Shown here: positions 63,946 to 64,000 of the stretch, piece by piece
Numbering within the stretch: the first letter of the stretch is position 1
Layout: each line of letters begins with the position of its first letter
Source: the human T2T-CHM13v2.0 reference genome, Homo sapiens
Length of the DNA: 64,000 nucleotides
Reading direction: 5' to 3' (one strand)
Assembly: GCF_009914755.1 (NCBI RefSeq)
Contig: NC_060932.1
Made by a program: the position numbers and the translations under genes
Notes under the pieces: model-generated
The model's input: the letters and a program-made list of their open reading frames with translations, nothing else
The model's database searches: none
What the model was told of the DNA's origin: nothing

Positions 63946-64000
63946 ACAGTGGGGAATTCATATGGGTCCGCAGCAACGTGATTCTTGCTTCTCAAAGGAA

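Overview
Primate (very likely human) genomic DNA, roughly half of it interspersed repeats; no prokaryotic features. The window holds the 5' end of ZFAT on the minus strand. A CpG-island promoter and exon 1 (ATG at 50701, 19 coding nt = METRAA+G, donor GTGAGC at 50682) are followed by >50 kb of intron 1 running off the left edge, with ~13 kb of upstream DNA on the right. Inside intron 1 are: (i) a second CpG-rich promoter candidate (~34.27-34.62 kb) abutting a ~22-copy ~40-bp minisatellite, at the distance where I recall the alternative ZFAT TSS and placenta-specific imprinted DMR; (ii) a diverged DPPA3/STELLA processed pseudogene, missed by the ORF track and split 6.4 kb apart by an Alu that itself contains a full-length L1PA, all inside an ancient L1 with target-site duplications (TSDs) readable at each level; (iii) a second near-full-length L1PA with a ~1.2-kb deletion and a templated junction insertion. 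Upstream, a TSD-flanked MSTA-type LTR points toward ZFAT with a perfect GTAAGT donor, a candidate oocyte promoter. Repeat subfamily names, the ZFAT/DPPA3 protein comparisons and the imprinting status come from memory and were not checked by search. Many MIR/L2 fragments are not listed.
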